Of a stretch of DNA of 64,000 nucleotides, positions 57,211-64,000 are shown piece after piece. The translations under genes and the position numbers were made by a program. Within the stretch, counting starts at the first letter, position 1; every line of letters begins with the position of its first letter. The stretch is from an uncultured delta proteobacterium (GTDB lineage: Bacteria; Myxococcota_A; Polyangia; Polyangiales; Polyangiaceae): positions 64,001-128,000 of the forward strand of contig CAWKKR010000004.1 of assembly GCA_963850305.1 (NCBI GenBank), read 5' to 3'. The notes under the pieces are model-generated. The model saw only the letters and a program-made list of their open reading frames with translations. It made no database searches and had not been told where the DNA came from.

Positions 57211-58653
57211 CACTACTGCCAGAAAGTTTTCCATCGGTCGAGCTTCGTGAGATGGCCTCACCATGGCCCAAAAAGTCTCCGAAATCGCATCAGCGGCTCG
57301 ACTCGAGCAGTTCTTCGGCCGCGTCGGCACTCACCTGAAGGACTGGCGGAAGCGAGAGTCGTTCGCGATGTACGCTTTCGGGATCCTGGGGGACGGTGAG
57401 CGCAAGAGCGCCGAACCGATCGCAGCCCGAACGTGCGCCGACCCGAGCCAGACGAACAACGTGCACAGCAAGCTCTGCTACTTCCTCGGCCGAAGCGAAT
57501 GGGATGATCGAGCCGTACGCCTCGAGGCCGCCCGGTATGCAATCGACGCCGTGCAGAAACGCGAACCCGTGACGACATGGATCGTCGACGACACGGGTTT
57601 CCTGAAGCAAGGCTCGCACTCCGTGGGCGTGCAGCGCCAATACACTGGATCGGCGGGCAAGGTCACGAACTGCCAGGTCGGGGTCAGCCTCGCGGTGGCG
57701 ACGAGCAGCGAGCAGATCCCACTCGATTTCGAGCTCTATCTCCCCAAGAACTGGGCAACGGAAGCCGCCCTTCGTGCCAAGGCGCGAATTCCCGATGCGG
57801 TCACGTTCAAGACCAAGATCGAGCTTGCCATCGAGATGATCGAGCGCGCCAAGCTCGCCGAGATCCCGGGCAACATCGTTCTGGCCGACGGTGCGTACGG
57901 CGCGAGCTCGGAGTTCAGAAACGCGAGCCGGTCGATGGGATTCGACTTCGGCGTTGGCATCCCGTCGAGCCTGCGCGTGGTGCGACTCGATCGTCTGGAC
58001 CGAGCGCGCGGGGACGCGATGACCGCTCTGGAATTGGCGGATGCGCTCGGTCGAAAAGCGTTCCGCAAAGTGACCTGGCGTCATGGCTCGAAGGCAAAAC
58101 TGATCTCGCACTTCTGCTTCGTGCGCGTGAAGACGACGCATGACGACGGGCTCACCCTGGCCGACCACGAGCCGCTCTGGCTCGTGGCCGAGTGGCTCGA
58201 TGGCGAAACAAAAGCCCACGAAATTCACGCTCACCACGCTGCCGCGACGCATGAGCCGGAAGCAGATCGTCCGGATCTTCAAGGAACGCTGGCGCACCGA
58301 ACGCATGTACGAGGACCTGAAGGGCGAACTCGGACTCGACCACTTCGAAGGTCGCTCGTTCACCGGCTGGCATCACCACGTCTCCGTCGTCTTATGTTGC
58401 TACGCCTTCGTCATATCCGAGCGCGTCAGCGCTTTTCCCCCCTCGGCCGGAGGGCGCAGTCGAGACGGTCAGAATCTCCGTCGCGGCCTGAGCGACACTT
58501 CGCCGACTCCTTCATCACCGCTCGCCTCGCCATCGCCCTCTTCCTCGCCCGCTGGCTCCCGCGCTGCCCCCTCTGTCACCAGCCACATCCACCTTCGCGA
58601 TGCCCGCAGGAGCAACCTACCCGTGCCGCATGACGGAATTTCTGACAGTAGTG
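57211..58653 (+). mobile_element. IS701-family insertion sequence, 1443 bp
   Basis: Terminal IRs CACTACTGCCAGAAA and TTTCTGACAGTAGTG (14/15 match); 4-bp CTAA duplication at 57207-57210 and 58654-58657. Confidence 0.93.
57263..58491 (+). CDS. IS701-family DDE transposase (frameshifted as assembled)
   Basis: RKSAEP.A, IVDDTGF.K.G.HSVGVQRQYTG..GK..NCQ, ADGAYG; after a shift at 58210: RW.TE..YEDLKGELGLDHFEGRS..GWHHH. The 3' end is inferred. Confidence 0.9.
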
Positions 58654-60297
58654 CTAACCTTCCGCATGTTTCGCGTCGACCCGCAGCTTCTCGAGCAGCG
58701 CCTTCGACTCGGGGTTCGGTAGGTGCCCGGCGAGGGCTCGGACGATGGCAGGCACGGCGTCGCTGCCAAACTCGTGAACGACGAGATGCTGAGCCTCGGT
58801 CGAACCGAATTCGACCATCGTCAGGAGATCGCGCAACATCCGCGGATCGCCCCGGGAACCGTCGTCGACTTTGAGGGCGATCGCGTATTCATTGAGTGCA
58901 TCCTTGAACCATTTTCGAACGACATAACTTCGGGCAAGCAGCAGGTGCCCGCGCGGATCGCCGACGTGCTTCGCGTTGTACTGATGAACGGCGAGTACGT
59001 CCTTCTTGTCGAGGCCCCGTGCACGGTTGGCTTTGGGTATCAGCCGCGCGAGTTCGGGCGGCGTCGAGGACCAGGGATCGCGCGGGGGAACGCGTTCTCT
59101 CGTAGGTTCGGTCGCGGCAACGGACGCGACAGGACTCGGTGGCGCGGTCGCAGGTAACGTTCTCGGGGCCCCGGCGGGAGACGCGAAACTTCGCGCGGTC
59201 ACGACCGGCGCGACAGCCTTTGGCGCAGACATTCCGAGTCTCGACTCGAGCGCACTCCGTTGCCGGGGACTCGTCGGCGTCGCGAGGACGTAAACGGCGT
59301 AAACGACGAGCCCCGCTGCGCCCATCGAAATGATCAGCGCGACGGTGGTGCCCACCCGGATCATCCACGAGAAGGCTGCCGAGGAGACGGATTTCGCAGC
59401 GGGCATCTCCGCCTCTCCGGCGAGCGGTTCTGCCTCTCCGTCGGTCGATCGGGCGGGCCCGTCGCCGAGCAAAGTCGACTCGAGCGCACCCAGCATGTCG
59501 CCGGCGTTCGAGAATCTGTCCGCGCGGGACTTCGCCGTGGCCCGCCGGATCACGGCGAGCTCTCCGTCACGCGCCTCCGTCGATGGGATCTCCGCGAGCG
59601 GAAGATCCTCCATGACCTGTTGTCGCAGGATCTCCGAAGCCTCCCCGCGAAACGGCGGTTTGCCGGCGAGCATCTCGAAAAAGACGAGGCCCGCCGCATA
59701 GACGTCGATCCGCGCGTCGATCTCCTGCCCCGCGACTTGCTCCGGCGCCATGTACGCCGGCGTTCCGAAGATCTGGCCGACGCGGGTGAGGTTCGGGCTC
59801 GTAGAATCCGGTATCAAGAATTTCGCGAGCCCGAAATCGAGCAAGTGAACGGAGAGTCCGCCCCCGGCCTTCTTGCCAAGGAGGACGTTCGCGGGCTTCA
59901 CGTCACGGTGCACCAGGCTCTGCGAATGCGCGAACGATAGCGCAAGGAGAAGCTGACGCATCACGGCGCGCGCATCATCGAGCCCGAGCGGACCGCGCTT
60001 GAGCCGATCGGCAAGCGTTTCGCCCTCCAGGAGCTCCATCACGAGGAAGAACGTATCGCCCGAAACGCCGGAATCGATGACGGAGACGATATTGGGATGG
60101 GAAAGGGCCGTCAGGGCCCGGGCTTCGCGCTCGAACCGCTGCCGGAGCTCCGGGCTCGATGCAAGCTCCGGGCGAAGGACCTTGACCGCGACGTTCGCGC
60201 CCGTCTCGAGCTTGACGGCCCTGTAGACGGCCCCGACACCGCCAGAGCCGATCTCCGCATCGATGCGATAGCGGCCGTCTAGCTCCGTCCCGATCAT
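58654..60297 (-). CDS. Membrane Ser/Thr protein kinase
   Basis: IGSGGVGAVY, VAVK, HRDVKPAN, DFG, GTPAYMAPE, one TM, C-terminal helical domain. Confidence 0.95.
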   Translation of the reverse strand: MIGTELDGRYRIDAEIGSGGVGAVYRAVKLETGANVAVKVLRPELASSPELRQRFEREARALTALSHPNIVSVIDSGVSGDTFFLVMELLEGETLADRLKRGPLGLDDARAVMRQLLLALSFAHSQSLVHRDVKPANVLLGKKAGGGLSVHLLDFGLAKFLIPDSTSPNLTRVGQIFGTPAYMAPEQVAGQEIDARIDVYAAGLVFFEMLAGKPPFRGEASEILRQQVMEDLPLAEIPSTEARDGELAVIRRATAKSRADRFSNAGDMLGALESTLLGDGPARSTDGEAEPLAGEAEMPAAKSVSSAAFSWMIRVGTTVALIISMGAAGLVVYAVYVLATPTSPRQRSALESRLGMSAPKAVAPVVTARSFASPAGAPRTLPATAPPSPVASVAATEPTRERVPPRDPWSSTPPELARLIPKANRARGLDKKDVLAVHQYNAKHVGDPRGHLLLARSYVVRKWFKDALNEYAIALKVDDGSRGDPRMLRDLLTMVEFGSTEAQHLVVHEFGSDAVPAIVRALAGHLPNPESKALLEKLRVDAKHAEG

Positions 60298-60388
60298 GTC
60301 GAAATCCGAGAACTCCCATGATACCTCTTTCGCCGGAAATCGGCCTATCGTGTTCCCGCGAGCCAGCCGACGAACGGGAGAAACGAAC

Positions 60389-61942
60389 ATGAACGGCGCC
60401 GATGCTCTCGTCTCCGCCAGCCGCGCGGCTGGCGTGGAAGTCTGTTTTGCGAATCCCGGGACCACCGAGATGGCCATGGTCGACGCGCTGACGCGGACGA
60501 AGGCCATGCGGGCCGTCCTCGCGCTCTTCGAAGGAGTGGCCTCGGGTGCAGCTGACGGCTACGCGCGCATCACCGGCAAACCGGCGAGCGTGATGCTGCA
60601 TCTCGGCCCTGGCCTCGCCAACGCCACCGCGAACCTCCACAACGCGCGCCGCGCGCAATCTCCGGTCGTCACCTGGGTCGGCGATCACACCACGTGGCTT
60701 CTTCCTCACGACCCTCCGCTCGCGTCCAACATCGAGGCGATAGCGCGCGGCGCCGCGAAGTGGGTGCGCACGACGGGAACGCTCGACGCCCTGGCGTTCG
60801 ACGCCGTCGCGGCCATCGAGGCTGCGCTATCGCCGGTCGCGGGCGTCGCGACGCTCATCGTGCCAGCAGATTTCCAGGAAGCCCAGCTACCCGAGGGGTA
60901 TGTACCGCCGACGCCCGCACGCGCGCACCCCACCGTACGCGCCCTCTCCGCGGAGACAATCGACTCGACGGCGCGGCTCATTCGCGAGGCGAAGCGCCCG
61001 CTCTTCTTCGTTGGAGGTCCGGTGACGGATCGCCCCGGGCTGCTCGACGCCTCGCGGCTCGCGGAGAAGGCAGGCGGCGTGGTGATGTTCGAACAATTTC
61101 CGCGATGCACCCGTCGTGAACCCGGCCTCCCTTCGCCAGACAAGCTCCGGTACCTGCCCTTTCAAGCGCGCGCGCAGCTCGCCGAATACGACGTGGTCGT
61201 CGTGCTCGGCGCGGGAACACCGGTGCCCTTCTTCGGATACCCGGGAGAATCGCCGAAGCTCGTCGCGGAGAACGCGAAGGTCGTCGATCCGGCCGAGGGC
61301 GGACGCGACGTCCACGCCGTGCTCGCGGCCCTTTGCGACGCACTCGGCGCCGCAGGAAAGCCGCGAGGAGCCGCCGGGCGAATCGAGCAGAGTGACCCCG
61401 GTGGCCCGCTTCAACCCCAGAGCATCTGCCAGGGGATCGCAAAGTATCTGCCCGAGAATGCGATCGTCGTCGATGAAGGCATCACGTCGTCGCTCGCGCT
61501 CTATCCGGCGCTCACGGGAGCTTTGCCTCACGAGTACATGGCCTGCAAGGGTGGCTCGATCGGATACGGCACACCGGTCGCGACCGGCGCGGCCGTCGCG
61601 GCACCGGGTCGTCGCGTCGTTACATTCGTGGGCGACGGCTCGTCGCTCTACACGCTGCAGTCGCTGTGGACACAGGCGCGTGAGGGGCTCGACGTCACGA
61701 CCATCGTTCTCGCCAACGACAAGTACGCCGTTCTCCAGATGGAGCTCATGCGAGCGGGCGGCGCGCTGGAAGGCGCGGGGAGCGATCTGACGGAGCTCGG
61801 CCGGCCGTCGCTCGATTTCGAAGCACTCGCGAAAGGGTATGGCGTTCCCGCGCGAACGGTCCGCGACGTCGAGGCGTTCGTGAAGGCGCTGAAGGAATCG
61901 TTCGCCACGCCCGGACCGATGCTGATCTCGTGCGTGTTCTGA
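60389..61942 (+). CDS. TPP-dependent enzyme, acetolactate synthase large-subunit-like
   Basis: FANPGTTE, LFEGVASGAADGYAR, LHLGPG, GDGS...N TPP motif. Confidence 0.9.
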   Translation: MNGADALVSASRAAGVEVCFANPGTTEMAMVDALTRTKAMRAVLALFEGVASGAADGYARITGKPASVMLHLGPGLANATANLHNARRAQSPVVTWVGDHTTWLLPHDPPLASNIEAIARGAAKWVRTTGTLDALAFDAVAAIEAALSPVAGVATLIVPADFQEAQLPEGYVPPTPARAHPTVRALSAETIDSTARLIREAKRPLFFVGGPVTDRPGLLDASRLAEKAGGVVMFEQFPRCTRREPGLPSPDKLRYLPFQARAQLAEYDVVVVLGAGTPVPFFGYPGESPKLVAENAKVVDPAEGGRDVHAVLAALCDALGAAGKPRGAAGRIEQSDPGGPLQPQSICQGIAKYLPENAIVVDEGITSSLALYPALTGALPHEYMACKGGSIGYGTPVATGAAVAAPGRRVVTFVGDGSSLYTLQSLWTQAREGLDVTTIVLANDKYAVLQMELMRAGGALEGAGSDLTELGRPSLDFEALAKGYGVPARTVRDVEAFVKALKESFATPGPMLISCVF

Positions 61943-62040
61943 GCCGGTCGCGCGACAGTCTCGCTTTTCGCGTCGCGCGTCGCGTGCTATCCGGGCACGG
62001 TGAGCGTCCAAGCGACGCGAGATACCCTGGAGATTTCGAA

Positions 62041-62913
62041 ATGATTCAAACTCGCCCACGCCGCAGCGTCCTGTACATGCCCGGGTCCAACGCACGTGCC
62101 CAGGAAAAGGCCAAGACGCTACCCTGCGACGGCATCATCTTCGATCTCGAGGACGCGACGGCCCCGGATGCAAAAGCCGCGGCACGAGAAACCGTGTGCA
62201 AATCCGTGCAGGGCGGCGGCTACGGCGGGCGCGAACTCGTCGTTCGAGTGAACGCACTCGACACGGCCTGGGGTCGGGATGATGTGATCGCCGCCGCAAA
62301 AGCCGGCCCCGACGCGATCCTCTTACCGAAGGTGGAGCGAGCGGAACAGGTAAAGGAGCTCGAGGCTCTGATGGTTCAACACGGCGCGCCCGCGAAGACC
62401 GTCATCGAATGCATGATGGAAACGCCGCTCGGGATCCTGAACGCAAAGGAGATCGCCGGGGCGAGCCGCCGGGTCGCCTGCCTCGTCCTCGGGACGAGCG
62501 ATCTGACCAAAGATCTGCACGCCACGCACACGAAGGAGCGCCTGCCGATGCTTACCTCGCTGAGCCTGTGCCTGCTCGCCGCGCGCGCATACAATCTGGC
62601 CATCCTCGACGGCGTGTACCTCGATCTGAGTGACGCGGAGGGCTTCAAGGCCTCGTGCGTCCAGGGCCTGGAGCTCGGCTTCGACGGTAAGACGCTGATC
62701 CATCCGTCGCAGGTCGAGCCCTGTAACGGCGTCTTCTCACCCTCCGAGGACGAGATCGCGCATGCTCGGAAGATCATCGTCGCACACCAGCAGGCCGAGA
62801 AAGAGGGCAAGGGCGTGGTGCTACTCGACGGCAAACTGATCGAAAATCTCCACGTCGAAAACGCGAAGCGCCTCGTGGCGATGTCCGAGGCGATCCGGAG
62901 CCTCGCCGGTTGA
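62041..62913 (+). CDS. CoA-ester lyase (CitE/malyl-CoA lyase family)
   Basis: RPRRSVLYMPGSN, FDLEDA, VRVN, ETP.G, G..DL, GFDGKTLIHP.Q. Confidence 0.9.
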   Translation: MIQTRPRRSVLYMPGSNARAQEKAKTLPCDGIIFDLEDATAPDAKAAARETVCKSVQGGGYGGRELVVRVNALDTAWGRDDVIAAAKAGPDAILLPKVERAEQVKELEALMVQHGAPAKTVIECMMETPLGILNAKEIAGASRRVACLVLGTSDLTKDLHATHTKERLPMLTSLSLCLLAARAYNLAILDGVYLDLSDAEGFKASCVQGLELGFDGKTLIHPSQVEPCNGVFSPSEDEIAHARKIIVAHQQAEKEGKGVVLLDGKLIENLHVENAKRLVAMSEAIRSLAG

Positions 62914-63034
62914 CGCCGTTGCGGGAGTGAGTGGCACGCTTGCGGCGCGGTGGGACCGGACGGCAGAGTCGGGAAGTCCCGCGGCCCAGAACCCCCTGCG
63001 AACGTAGAGCTTTCGCGGTTGTGGCGAATCAGGG

Positions 63035-63568
63035 CTATCGGGATCGGGTCCGCGACGGACGCTTCTTCTTGGCAGCGGAGGCTCTTCGTCCGGGTGCCTT
63101 CGTCGTTACGATCTTCCCGATCCGTTTTTTCGAAGCGGCTTTCTTTCGCTTTTTATCGACGCCCGCAGCCCTAGCTCCAGCTTGCCGGAAGTAGCGCTGC
63201 ATCGGAACGAAGTAATGCTCCTGCCAACCGTCGGAGTACATTTCGCTCTGACCATCAGGGATGCCACTCTGAAGGAGGGTGAGCCGGGAACCACGCTGGA
63301 CGGCGACGAGGCGGATCTCGAGGCGCGAGTCCGGCGCGTTAGCGGGGAACTCCGTCGTGCGCCAGGATTGCAGGATGCGCTTGCCCGGCTCGAGCTCCAG
63401 CTGCCTCCCGGATATATAGCCGTCCCAGGCCGTATGCCGAGTGCCGACGCGTGGCTCGGACGCCGCCGGACTTCCTGTCATCGCGGTGTGACCGGCAGCA
63501 GTAAGCCACGCTTCGAACACCGCGGCCGGTGAGACGGGAAGCGTCGTGACCAGGCGAAGGCTTTCCAT
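63035..63568 (-). CDS. SRPBCC/AHSA1-domain protein with Lys/Arg-rich tail
   Basis: AWL....H..MTG, AWDGYISG, RILQSWRT.EF, GWQEHYF.PM. Confidence 0.85.
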   Translation of the reverse strand: MESLRLVTTLPVSPAAVFEAWLTAAGHTAMTGSPAASEPRVGTRHTAWDGYISGRQLELEPGKRILQSWRTTEFPANAPDSRLEIRLVAVQRGSRLTLLQSGIPDGQSEMYSDGWQEHYFVPMQRYFRQAGARAAGVDKKRKKAASKKRIGKIVTTKAPGRRASAAKKKRPSRTRSR

Positions 63569-63617
63569 GGCGTCGCTTCGATCGTTACGCCGATAGTCGT
63601 CCGCGATCAACGGGCGT

Positions 63618-64000
63618 TCAGAGCAAAGCGGCCATGAAGTGCACGAGCCGCAGCCGGTCCATGAGCGTCGGCGTGCCCGCTATTTCCACGTGCTCGATGA
63701 GCGGCGTCACGAGGGTTCGATGCGGGCGACCATGGAGATCACGGTCGGCCCAGATCGACTCTTCAGCGGGAATCACGCTGTCGTCGCGACCGTGCAGCAG
63801 AAGCACGGGCACCGTGATTGAGCGGAGGTTTCGTCGCGGAGACAGACTTTCGGACGCGGCTTCCGAATGTTTCAGGACGGATCTCAGCGCGTCGTCGTAG
63901 TCCGACGCATTACCCGAGGCGATGGCCACGAAGAGTCGTTCCGCGGCGAGCGTCGTCCGAAACGACGCGATTGCCCAGGCGACGGAGCGCTTCTCTTCGA
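63618..64000 (-). CDS. Alpha/beta hydrolase, C-terminal part (starts beyond the window)
   Basis: LSP...ITVPVLLLHGRDDSVIP. Confidence 0.7.
   Translation of the reverse strand, partial: EEKRSVAWAIASFRTTLAAERLFVAIASGNASDYDDALRSVLKHSEAASESLSPRRNLRSITVPVLLLHGRDDSVIPAEESIWADRDLHGRPHRTLVTPLIEHVEIAGTPTLMDRLRLVHFMAALL

Noticed and set aside
58210..58213. Programmed -1 frameshift in the transposase at AAAAG
   Set aside because: The required shift is +1 and IS701 transposases are normally single ORFs; a homopolymer error or mutation is more likely.

Overview
GC-rich bacterial chromosomal window. The gene content (Ser/Thr kinases, giant TPR protein, GYF_2 proteins, FHA-GGDEF, Gly-rich lipoproteins) suggests a myxobacterium, probably Polyangia; this is inferred, not tested. 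About 50 CDSs mix housekeeping genes (argG, purL, ppc, pfk, cls, prfC, phhB, urtA-like) with lipid and redox enzymes and many signalling proteins. One complete IS701-family element (57211-58653) has terminal inverted repeats and a 4-bp CTAA target duplication. No rRNA, tRNA or CRISPR array was seen. The most unusual items are: (1) a ~1545-aa frameshift-split gene that fuses an ECF-sigma-like domain, a degenerate anti-sigma region, a TM helix, FecR, VIT, vWA, TPR and DUF2135-like domains; (2) a ~1775-aa pseudokinase-TPR protein; (3) an Npt1/TLC-HEAT transporter coupled to a tandem, non-canonical cNMP-binding protein; (4) a His-rich Spy/CpxP-RR-HK-cardiolipin synthase module with a CpxR-type box; (5) several frameshifts at GAATC that are repaired by reading GATC, possibly a methylation-linked basecalling signature; (6) headless PIN and HEPN toxin remnants. 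All domain calls come from motif recognition by eye, not from database searches.
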